Shown: positions 17,301 to 27,790 of the stretch, piece by piece
Layout of the letters: every line of letters starts with the position of its first letter
Position numbering within the stretch: position 1 is the stretch's first letter
From: Cyanophora paradoxa CCMP329
Taxonomy: Eukaryota > Plantae > Glaucophyta
DNA length: 64,000 nt
Assembly: GCA_004431415.1 (NCBI GenBank)
Contig: QPMI01000093.1
Location: 188,800 to 252,799 of the forward strand
Direction of reading: 5' to 3'
Made by a program: the position numbers and the translations under genes
The notes under the pieces: model-generated
The model's input: the letters and a program-made list of their open reading frames with translations, nothing else
Database searches by the model: none
What the model was told of the DNA's origin: nothing

Positions 17301-19514
17301 CCGCCTCGGCGCTCAAAGAGGTCGAGGAGGCGTTCGGGCGGGGGGGCGTACAGGTCCGCTAACTCCAAGTCGATTTAGCTCACTTAATAACGAACTTGCT
17401 CATAAATGACTAAATCAAGCTAAGTTAACTATAGCTTACTAAACGATCAAGCTAATTCACGACTGGCTTACTGAACCGACTAACTTTAGTTAACTATAGC
17501 TAGCTAACTAACTAAAGAACTTGCTCATAGTTGATTGACTCAAGCTAAGTTCACCATAGCTAACTAAACGGACGAACTGATAGTGAATTAACTCGCCTGG
17601 GCGGCGTCCATGCCAGGTCCGCCAAGATAACTATAGCTAACTAACCGAAGAACTTGCTCATAGTTGATTGACTCAAGCCAAGTTAACCATAGCTAACCAA
17701 ACGAACGAACTGATAGCGAATCAACTCGACTGACTTTGAGCGTCGCAGGGGTACGTGCTGGAGGCGGCGCTGCAGGACCTGGAGGGGCGGGCGGGGGAGT
17801 ACCTGCACGCCCTCTCCGCCGGCGCCCTCCGCATGGAGATCAGGTCTGCTCGTTATATATACATCTTTCCTTCTCTTTCTTGAGTTAAGCTATGCAAATG
17901 TCCGCCGAGCTATAGCTAAAGTGAAGCAGCTTCAGTGTCTAAAGCGCTAAAGTGAAGTTAAAGTGAAGTTAGTGAAGCTAAAGTGAAGCAGCTTATAATT
18001 TATTAAGTCTCTATCTAGCTAGAAGGCCCAGGCCCACGCCCTTCGGGTTTCTTTCTCTCTGCGCTTTCTGACGCGTGGACGGCAGCCCCGTGCGGGAGAA
18101 GAAGGCGGGGGGCACGTCGGAGAAGATCACCAAGCGCCTCCTCGCCAGGTCCGGGTCCGGAAATCACTCGGAAAATTTAAAATTTGAACAGAAACTTTAA
18201 GAGGCGCGGGCGGGCCCGGGCCGGGGGGTGGGCCCGGGCCCCCGGCCGACGCTCAAGGGGACCCGGACCACCCGAATCGGATTCCGACTTGAGCTGCTAA
18301 ATTTAAACTCTGCTATGGAAATGTAAATCTAATCTGATCCCGGCTCGCGCTGCTAAATTTAGACTTCGTTCGCCTTAAGCTTCGTTCGCAGGCGGGCGGA
18401 CGGGAGCCTGGCGGAGCGGGCGCTGCGGCAGCTGAGCGGGGGCCAGTGGCGGCGGCAGGGCCTCGCCCTGGCCCTCGCCTTCGCCGACTTCTGCCAGCAG
18501 CGCACCGGCATCAGGTCCAACCTCATCGTCCTCGACGAGGTCCGCGTCTCGTTTGTGTTTATAAGTAGCTCTTATTTAGTTCCACTAGGTCTAGGTTCTT
18601 TATTTATTTAGTTTGTAGTTCTAGGTTCTTAAATAGTTCGAACCACATCGTCCTTAACGAGGCGCGGGCATTTCGTTCTTAAGATTTTCTTTGGCTCCTC
18701 TAGGTTCTAGGGTGTAGGGACAAGACCCGGCCAGACCTAGGCCCCCCCCCCCCACCCCCCCAACACACACACACCCACCCCTCCCCCGCTCCACCCCCCT
18801 CCCCCCCCCCCCCCCCCTGGCCACGAAGCCTCTCGGGCCCAGGCTCACAGGCTCAGACCCCGGCCAGGCTCAGACCCCGGCCTTCAAATCCAGAAACCGG
18901 CCCCTCCTCCCAGACCCAGATCTAGACCTAGGCCGCCCGGACATTGGCCCCCCTACCCCTCCCCGCCTCCCTCACCTGATTCTCTTCTCCCTCCCGCCCC
19001 CCCTCCCTCCTCCCAGACCCCGACCTAGGCCGCCCCGTCCTCCACACACCCCCTCACCTGATCCTCTTCTTCCCCCCACTCCCCCTCCCCCCCGCCCCGC
19101 AGGTGCTGCAGTCGCTGGACGCGGAGGGGCGGCAGCGGGTGGCCGGCGTCGTCCGCTCCCTCCCCTACGACTCCATCCTTGTCGTCTCCCACGAGGTGCC
19201 CCAGGCTTCTTTATATAAGCTTAGCTTCGGCTTAGGAGAGGTTCTGATTACAATTAGCCGAGTCCAAATAAGCCCGTCTCTAATTAGCCCGTCTCTAATT
19301 AGAGGTGTAAGCTTATTAGCTTGTAGTTAGCTTCCACTCCCTCCCCTACGACTCCCAGGGGGTTCTGATCTGATCTGATCTGATCTGATCTGAGCCGATC
19401 TGAGCCGATCTGACCTGATCTGAGCAGGTGGACTTCGCGCCGTTCGACCGCGTGGACCGCGTCCTGCGGAGCGGCGACCGATCCTCCGTCACTCTCAACG
19501 CCGGCCACCGCTGA
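11338..19514 (+). CDS. Fused SbcD/Mre11-like nuclease + SbcC/Rad50-like SMC ATPase with a presequence-like N-terminus, multi-exon
   Basis: Phosphoesterase motifs WVVFSDLH, FLGDWWH, MIPGNHDQ, FCHVD and YTGHYHKPH; then VELEGYGPF and Walker A SNGSGKST, an Ala/Glu coiled coil with zinc hook CERC (~16421), signature LSGGQWRR, Walker B LIVLDE, D-loop SLD and H-loop VVSHE; stop TGA at 19512-19514. Confidence 0.88.
17350..17735. repeat. Intronic degenerate tandem repeat, ~120-130-bp unit, about 3 copies, AT-rich
   Basis: The core gaacttgctcata...tcaagc(t/c)aagtt.ac.atagc recurs near 17392, 17517 and 17650. Confidence 0.75.
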
Positions 19515-20007
19515 GCTCCGAAGGGACGCCCATGGTAGGCCCGCGCGCGGCACGCCCTCCGTCAATCTCGACGCCGGCCACCGCTGACGCGCGCCTCTCT
19601 CCCTCCCCTCCCTACTCGCCGTCCTCGGGCTCAGCGGGGGACCGCTGAGCCCGAAGGGGCGCCCGGCCTGTACGTAGTAGTATAGTAGGCCCGCGCGCCC
19701 TCCGGATCCGGAGGGCGGGCCGCCGCGGCCGCTCGAGCTCACCGCTGGCGCCCTTCTTCTCCGCCGCCCCCCCCACTCCCCCACCCCCCCCCCCCCCCAC
19801 CCCCCCCCAACTCGCCGCCCGAGGCGGATCCGCGCCCGGCGGCCCGGCCCGCTGCGTGCGGCCCGGTCGCAGCCGGCGCCGGCCCGCCGGGCCGCGGCCG
19901 CCTTCGAAAAAAAGAACCCAGTCCAGGCCGAGGCGCGCGCTCGCTCCCTTCAGGCCGGCGCCGCTTTGCGTGCGGCCGCGGCCGATCGCGAGCCGTGCAC
20001 ATCCTTA

Positions 20008-20173
20008 AAGCTTTCCATATATACGTATATATAGGCTTTCCATATATACGTATATATAAGCTTTCCATATATACGTATATATAAGCTTTCCATATATACG
20101 TATATATAAGCTTTCCATATATACGTATATATAAGCTTTCCATATATACGTATATATAAGCTTTCCATATATA
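20008..20173. repeat. 25-bp tandem repeat (ctttccatatatacgtatatataag), about 6.5 copies
   Basis: Head-to-tail units start at 20011, 20036, 20061, 20086, 20111, 20136 and 20161. Confidence 0.97.
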
Positions 20174-20203
20174 CCGCGGCCGCGGCCGATCGCGGCCGGC
20201 CGA

Positions 20204-20373
20204 GGGCGGAGCGGGAGGCGAAGGAGGCGGAGGGCAGGCTGGCCGAGGCGCGCAAGGCGGTGCGGGAGGCGGGCGAGGGACGCATGGAGGAGCTGCGGGC
20301 CCTCCAGGAGGCGGCGGAGCGCGCGGGGCGTCGCCTCCACGAGGGGCGCGAGGCGGCGGCGGCCGCCGGCGCC
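20204..20373 (+). pseudogene. Displaced copy of an SbcC coiled-coil exon segment (source 16995-17164)
   Basis: ~170 bp nearly identical to 16995-17164 with a few substitutions; bracketed by a ~43-bp direct repeat (19964-20007 and 20375-20416). Confidence 0.9.
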
Positions 20374-20426
20374 ACTTTGCGTGCGGCCGCCGCCGATCGC
20401 GAGCCGTGCACATCCTTTCCATATAT

Positions 20427-20860
20427 ACGTACCTTGAGCTTCCTTCCTTACCTTTCCCCGCATGCATTCTTTGAGCGGCGCCTTCCGGATCCCCACCCGC
20501 GGCGCCGGCTAGCGCTGCCCCTCAGCGCCGCCCGCTCTCCATTAGCTCGGCGGTCCGTGGCACTTGCACTGCGGCTATCGGCGCACGGGCAGCTCGAGCT
20601 TAAGAGATATCGATAGACCTCGAGCTCCGAGGCTCGATCTGAAGCTCTCGCGATCAAAATCGAACAACAGCGCATACGCATGCCGCAGTGCATATGTGGG
20701 GAGCGGGCTGCGGGCGGGGGCCGGGCGGCGAGCCTCTCGGAGGCTGAGTCTCATAGCGAACACTGTGCATTCAATGATTTCGACATGTACACTGGCATGG
20801 GACAGAAACAGATGGGCCGGCGCCGGATCCGAAAGGCCGAAGCAAGGGGCCGGGAGCTCG
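20427..20860 (+). repeat. Diverged direct repeat, copy A
   Basis: cgtaccttgagcttcctt.cttacctttccccgcatgcat...ccttccggatccccacccgcggcgccgg, gcacgggcagc, gatcaaaa, acagaaacaga and ccgggagctcg occur in the same order as in 27301-27730. Confidence 0.8.
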
Positions 20861-21153
20861 CCGAGTCTATGCCGGTCGAGTCAACTGTAAGCCCGAGTCG
20901 AGCTCGACATGTAAAAGGTTAGAATTAGACAGTACGTATACGTATACGTATGCGACGCGATCGATAGCACGCGTACTATGGTATACGTACGTATACGTAT
21001 ACGTATGCGACGCGATCGATATCTATTATTATGCGGGGTCACCGTGTGCGCGCGGGCCAAAAAGCTGTGCATTCCATCCGAAGCAGAAACAGAAGGGGCC
21101 GGTGGAGTGTGTACTTCGGATCCGAGATGGCTAACTCGAGATGTCGATTTGTT

Positions 21154-22600
21154 TCACGACCACTCCAGCAAAATCGAAGAAAGGGAGGATCGAAGAGAAT
21201 GCGCTAAGGATATATGCTCGGATTCCCAATAGTGAAATTCGACCCATAGACGATCGACAAGACTTATCGTCCCGTCGGCAATCATTCGCCCAAGCACGTC
21301 GTACTCGCTCCCTTCAATGTCCATCTGCACATGCATGCATCGATATCGTTCGAATTCCTATTTATAATCGAAATCGGAAGGAAAACTTGTCCAAGCAAAT
21401 GCATGCACCTTTACGTACACGACGTCTTCCTGGGTCACAGTTTCCCGTAGCACTCGCGAGAAGTCTAACGCCGTGACGTTAACCTGGCCCAGTGGGGCGA
21501 AGGTCAAAAGCTGAAGTTTGAGAGTAAAAGAATTCACAGCGCTAGCCCGCATATAATATATGCATAGCACGTGCATGTATGGCTGTGAGCGCTATTCCAG
21601 CGATATAACGCGAACCTTCACGTGGTCACCGTTGCTCGAGCTCGGCTGTGCATCGGGATGCGAGGAGAGCAGCGAGCTCCCCCAGAAGCTTCGGTGCTCG
21701 TTAACGTTGTCCAAGTAGAGCTCCGCTGTCCCGTCGTAACCGGTAACCTGCGCATGCATTCGAGATCGATATCGTTCAACATAATTATAAATATTCATGT
21801 TGCATCATATGCATCTCATATTTAAATTCAATTACGAGACCGTCGAATCCGGACGCACAGCCGCTGGGACGTGCAACGATATCGATGATATTTCTTGGCC
21901 GAGCGCGCGCTTCGCGAACATTGCGACGAGCTGTAGCTCTCCTTCGAACCGTGGATTGGCCTCCACAGCGTGCTGCGACTGAGGGCATCAAGAGAGATGC
22001 AGCGCTAGCTATAGGGCCCGCTGAGAGCGTGTTTGTGCACGCACCACATGCCAGGAAGGCCCCGCGTCGATATCGATCATGTGCGATCGCGATCGCGAGG
22101 GCGTGCGGTCTGCAGAGGCTTCGATTCGAAGTCCCGATCGAGATTCCAAGAGGCCAAGGAATTCAAGAACGGAGTTGCCGTTGTTAGCCTGCCGTGCATG
22201 AAACTCGATCATGCATGCACAAGCCTTGATCATGAAGGACGCCAGCCCACTGGGCCAAGCCAATTTATTGCAAGGCCTAGGCGCGCTCGTCTACTAGGCT
22301 ATGCACTTCTAGGACAATCACGAGCGCTTTCTTTCTATAACCTAGAGCTAGAGCTATATGTATATACATATATATGCATGTATATATGGATCCGGATTGC
22401 GTTGCAATTGGATCATAGCACCGGTTACCCCGAGGTCGAAGAAGTGCGCGCTCCTATAGCTAGGCCTTGCAATTGCGGTCGATAGCGCTGTGACATTCGC
22501 GTTCGTTTGCAGCGCGGAAGCTTCGAGTGAAATGCTGGCCAAGAGCAATGCCGTCGCCAGGAAATAATGAGAAGGTAGAACTTTGCGCCCGCATGCAGCG
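21154..22600 (-). CDS. FkbM-family (Methyltransf_21-like) SAM-dependent methyltransferase with an N-terminal hydrophobic anchor, multi-exon
   Basis: FLATALLLASISLEASA; HFFDLG|ANNGNS (motif I); AELYLDN...GSSLL; VTALDFSRVLRETVTQEDVVYVK|MDIEGSEYDVLGRMI...RLWVEFH. The start codon is uncertain. Confidence 0.75.
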
Positions 22601-23148
22601 CAAGCTCCTACTATGCGTGCGTATACGTAAACACGAATCGGACAGCTGACGGAGATCCTTCCATGGCCAACTCGTACTCTGTGACCATGAGTGGCGCGGC
22701 TGCAGGCCATGGTGCTGGTTGGTATTGCCAAACGCGCGCGCGTACGTACTAGCCTAGTAGCTATAGCAACTGCCGCCGCGCGCCGCTGCGGATGCGCATG
22801 CAGCAGCCGGACCATTGCCGCAGTGCCGGCGGGGGCCGGTACTACGGTCCAGTCTACGGACCAGTCTACGCCGTGACGGTAGCCGCCGGCGCACTGCCGC
22901 AGTGCCACTGTGCCAGGCTACCAGGCTACTAACTAAGTAAGGCCACGGGTAACCAGCCTACCGCGGCCGGTAGCTCAGCGGCTGCATGCGGCCGCCGGCG
23001 CCGGCGCCGCGCCGCCGCGGCGCCGGGCATGAGATCGAGACTCTCTAAATCTGAGAGCCCCCTGCTAGTACCGTAGTACTGCAGCTACTACTGCTATACT
23101 AGTATAGCTAGTGCCCCCGAAGGGCCCGTACGGATACGGGTACGTATA

Positions 23149-23581
23149 CTGTGAGGCGTACCGTAGACGACTTAAATACCGCGCTGAGTTAAATACCGCG
23201 CTGCCAATTACCGCGCTCAAAATTTTTAGAACGCAGTAATTTGGTTGCGCGGTATTACCCCCTTTGCTAACAAATAATACATTTTCGAAGACGATGGAAC
23301 GCGGTAATTTGGTAGCGCGGTAAAGCGCATACTGGCGCCGAAATTTTAGAACGCGGTAATATGTGGCGCGGTATTTAAGTCGTCTACGGTAGTTAAATTG
23401 CCGCTTAGTAAAATTGCCGAAATTGGCGAATCCAGATTTCTGCTGAGAATCTGCTCTATGGCTAAGCAAATACCTACCCCCTAAGCAATTGCCGTAGTAC
23501 TAAATTGCCGAATTCGGCCTCTCGGCAATTTACGTATACGGGAATTATTTACCACGGCTAAAAAACTACGCCTACGTACAG
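23149..23581. mobile_element. MITE (outer), TA-flanked, imperfect TIRs, interrupted by a nested MITE
   Basis: Left end ctgtgaggcgta[insert]gtt matches the right end aactacgcctacgtacag; TA lies on both sides. Confidence 0.6.
23161..23389. mobile_element. Tc1/mariner-type MITE (inner), 229 bp
   Basis: Perfect 24-bp TIR ccgtagacgacttaaataccgcgc / gcgcggtatttaagtcgtctacgg; TA duplications at 23159-23160 and 23390-23391. Confidence 0.9.
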
Positions 23582-24135
23582 TACCTTATCGGAAATGCTA
23601 TGTAGCTAGTAAGAGCTGATCGGAAGGTCCCGGATTCGATCGGGACCCGGAGTCCTGCAACTTGGCTGCAAGTCTACTTGGTACTTGGGGTGCCAAATGC
23701 ACCGGTACCAATTAAATCCAGCGGCCCGGCGGTTCCGGATCCGTAGTACCGGCCCTACTACCGGGTGGCGGCCGGTGGCAGACTGGCACTGTCTGGCAGA
23801 CTCACACAGTGGCAGTACTACTAGCTATAGGCGACGGCATGCGCTCGGCACTCGCGAGTCGCGAGTCGCGAGTCGCGACTCGGCATGCGCAGGCGACGCG
23901 CCGACTCGGCGACGGCCGCAGGCCGGCGGGCGCCGGGCAGCCTGCCCGCAGTGCCCGCCGGCGCCAGCAACAGCACGTTCACTGCAGCGGCAGTGCAGCC
24001 GCGTTGAGCTCAAGCCGCTGCAGCTGAGCATGCAGGCTCAGCCCGAGCGGCCGCAAGACTGATCATGATCAGTACATTGCAAGTGTGCACAAGCACCTTC
24101 AACTCTCAGTGAATTCATATATAAACATATAGCAA

Positions 24136-27100
24136 ATGATCCGGATCCACAGGAATACAGCGGTTATGCATACGGCCACTGACATCACGAGCTGTATACG
24201 TACATGTGCGCACTCGCGCGCTCGAGCTCAAAATCCGCAACAAGCCCAGCTGCTGCTTCTCGGCCATCTCGCCGGGATCCTGCTTACAACCGTTCTCTGT
24301 GCATATACATGCACAGCAGGATTAGCGCTCTCGCTTCCGCCCGTCAATGGCGACGGGATGCATGTGCCGAGCGGCACAGATCTAGATATTGAAACTGCCA
24401 GCAGCTGCAGCCCTAGGCCTTCGAATTCAAACGATATACCCGTTGCCCTCGAGAATGACCGACGCAGCAGCAGACTTGCATTTGGACCTCACTGGCTTTT
24501 GAACCCCACATGCAATGTGCTCGAAGCCACCCCAGCATGCGCAATAAATCGGTGACTACGGATCCTGCCAGGCTGCGCCTAAAGCTACATATATATATAC
24601 ATATATAACATCTGATCACTCAGTCCGGATCCACGTACCGGACGCTGACTCCGGATCGATATCCACCACGCTGATCCGGCCCCGGGATCCGGCAGTTACA
24701 TTGTGGATACTCGACACTTGCTGCCTTCATTAGCTGCCGCCGCGGGCACAGAAGGACTCGTCTATGTAACCAGCCTTGAAGAAGTCAAACCCCTCGATTG
24801 GGTCGAGGTTTATGAGGTACGGAAGCACCTAATATAAATATTGATCTTCCTTTCCAACAAATCAGATGCAGTGCTCTTCCTGATCGCACATGTGCACGTC
24901 CGATTTCGCAGGCACTGCTCAAGAATCTCATCGCATCGTCGCAACGTGCCAACATCTCGAGCCTGCTTGTATTCACGTCGAAAAGGCTGAGCGACAAGTT
25001 GCTCGCGGAGGGCATCCTTGCCGTGCACCAGCCGTCCCTGCGCTGCATGACGAAGGTGATCATGAGCGCGCCGGTTACAGTGGATTGCACAGAGAATGCT
25101 TCTAACATGCGTACATGTACTTTTCAATTCGTCTGCGCAGCAATTCAATATCCAGAACTATCTTAAGTGGCTGTACGTTTTGAACGTGATTTCGACCGGA
25201 TATGACGTCGTGTATGTCGATTTGGACGTCGCCTTCGCCCGCGGCCGCGCACCGAATTTCTCGCGCGCGCACCACTTCGAATTCGCGTCATCTTCCCCGA
25301 CTGGTCGGAGGTGCACAACGCTGTCTCCTAATCGCGTGGGCCCAATATCGACATCGAATTCGAAGTTCTTACTATCTGCGCTAGCCGGCGCGCTGGCAGC
25401 GGCTTCTTCTATGCGAAAAGCGATCCTGGTACTTGCACTTTAAAAGAGATGAAGCATGCATCGATATCGCATCAGGCTGATCTTTGCATCCCTATCAGAA
25501 ACTGCGCGAGCGATTGCGGAACTCTTGGCTGCGTTCGAAAGCGACGCCGAGGCTGATGAGACGGTGCTCTGGCGCCGCTCGGACGAGGTCTGCAGATCGA
25601 CGTCGACGTCTTCATGCAAATAAATCTACATGTAAAGTCGATTAACGAATCATATGCACAGCATTACTTGAATGAAATTTTGTTGAGTCGGGTAATGCCG
25701 AACCGCACGCTCGATATTCGCTTGCTTCCTGTGGACGAGGTGCACTTGATATATCATAATGACATGATCGATATCAATGTGTATTCGCTGCAAATAATAA
25801 TCAGCAAGTAATAATAATAACTTGTAACCTCCGCACAGGTCGCTTCTGGATTCCACTACTGGCACATGCACAAGTTTAGGAAGGAGGGAAACGAGGTCCA
25901 GCCGTACGCGGTGCACGCAAGCTGGGCTGCGCAGCGATCCAAGGCTCACGCTTTGAGGGAGGTCGGATTGTGGTTCGTTCGCATCCCGTTGAAAAACGTT
26001 GATTAGCCTCGATCTCTCCGATCGCGAGCGCTCATGATCACGTTTCGCAGGCATCTCAATGCCACAACCCGCCAGCGCCGCCTGCTCTCTTACATCCCGC
26101 CGTCCAATCGGAGCTTCGAAACCGAAATGGAAGCTCTCAGGAGCGCGCTTGGCGTGGCTTTCGCCACCGGCCGATCGCTCGTCCTCCCCTCAATTCCATG
26201 CATTCTCAATCCCGTGCACAAAGTATCTACGTACCCGTCTGATCATGCTCATGATTGTTGCTCTACGAACACCAACGCACACGCGTACGCATCTGCAGGA
26301 AATTCAGCTGGGTGACAGCCGCGGACTTTGCTCGCCTTCCGCAATTTTCGAGATTGAATCCCTAATTGAGAACTTCGAAGTTCGGGAACACAATTACCTG
26401 AAAGGTTCTCGCACAATCGTTTTCTTGGAAGCTCCTTACGTGTATGATTGATGCAAGCTCCATTGCAATTACAGAGTTCCCCGTGCCCCTCGAAGAAACC
26501 GCTCGCGTTACCTTCCGACAACACACCACTGATAGCGATGTCCGCGGCCCGCATCTAATTTAATACCGCTGTTTAATTTGATGATTGCGACAGCTCGAAA
26601 GCATCGTCGGGGAGGGCCTTGATGACCATGAGAAGAGATTGCTTATTCTGTCTGGAATCGAAGTGCGAATATTCAAAATCGACTGAACGGTTATCTTTGT
26701 TTCTTTACTCGCTGCACGGGCAAATTCTCGCAGCACGGGTTCAGCTTCTCGGCTCCTGCGCTGAGTATGGGATTCGGCGAGAGGCTGAAACGCGCACTCA
26801 AGTGCAGACCAGAGCAGTGGTGCGAAAACGATTGACATCGATATCCTTGCTGACGGAATCGAACGTCGAATGGCACCGGTCATATAATCGGCTTACTGAG
26901 ATTCGAAACAGGGTCTACGAGGCCTGCCAGGAGGCCGGCATTGCCTGGCCGTACACGCGAACGTGTGAACGTGATGCACGGCCCCTTGTAGCCCAGGGCC
27001 CGCGCCCCAGAGAGGAGCCCCTCAAGAGCATCTTTGCGGAGTCCGAAACCACCCCCGAGCTCGACGACAGTCCGGATCAGTTCGGATCCGCGAATACCGC

Positions 27101-27173
27101 GCTAGGGCTCCCCTCCATTTGCGGAGACAAACACGCTTCTTTCTGGCACACCAAGCGCACACTACAGATCTAG
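24136..27173 (+). CDS. Nucleotide-diphospho-sugar transferase (GT77-like) type II membrane glycosyltransferase, multi-exon
   Basis: N-terminal TM segment LLLLGHLAGILLTTVLCAY; YLKWLYVLNVISTGYDVVYVDLDV (DxD); AGSGFFYAKS; QHYLNEIL; RLLPVDE; YAVHASW...KAHALREVGLW; C-terminal ALRSALGVAFATGRSLVLPSIPC. Ends are approximate. Confidence 0.75.
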
Positions 27174-27300
27174 ATGTAGAAAGGAAATGTATATGTGGAA
27201 AAATAGTCTAATGAATGATTTTATTGCTCTGCCGCGCCGCGCGCAGTGCCTCAGAGCGAGGGCAACCGAGGGTCAACATTCGTTGTCATTAATTTCCATG

Positions 27301-27730
27301 CGTACCTTGAGCTTCCTTTCTTACCTTTCCCCGCATGCATGCTTTGAGCCGCGCCTTCCGGATCCCCACCCGCGGCGCCGGCGTCGGCTAGCGCTGCCCC
27401 TCAGCGCCGCCCCCACTACTCGAGGCTCGGCGAACCGCCAAACTGGCGCCCGGCGCCGCGGGGGTCGGCAGGCTATCGCCGCGGGGGTCGGCAGGCTATC
27501 GATATCGGCCCCGCGATCGGAGCACGCACGGGCAGCCCAAGAAATATTATTGGACCCAGATCTCGACCTTCTCTCGATCAAAACCGCATATTTAGCAGCG
27601 CATGCGCATGTGGGATCCGGAACGGGCGGGGGAGGCTGGGCTGAGATCGTGAACTGCGCGTTCCAACAGAAACAGAAACAGAAGGGGCCGGCGGAGGTTA
27701 TAATTATATAATAATCAGCCCGGGAGCTCG
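27301..27730 (+). repeat. Diverged direct repeat, copy B
   Basis: Same ordered blocks as 20427-20860; the first ~110 bp are nearly identical. Confidence 0.8.
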
Positions 27731-27790
27731 ATGAGGTCGGGGTCGCCGGGGCAGGGCAGGCCCCCCACGGGGGGCGCCTCCCGCAGCCGC

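Noticed and set aside
15591-17409. Several long overlapping Arg/Gly/Pro-rich ORFs on both strands
   Set aside because: They are alternative frames of the Ala/Glu coiled-coil exons of the SbcC moiety.
19739-20496. ORFs with repeated YIWKAYIYVYMESL peptides
   Set aside because: They are translations of the 25-bp tandem repeat and the displaced exon copy.
23598-23660. tRNA-like sequence (tagctag...ggtcccggattcgatc)
   Set aside because: It has only partial A/B-box resemblance and I could not build a cloverleaf or acceptor stem; related words recur inverted near 44170, suggesting a degenerate repeat.
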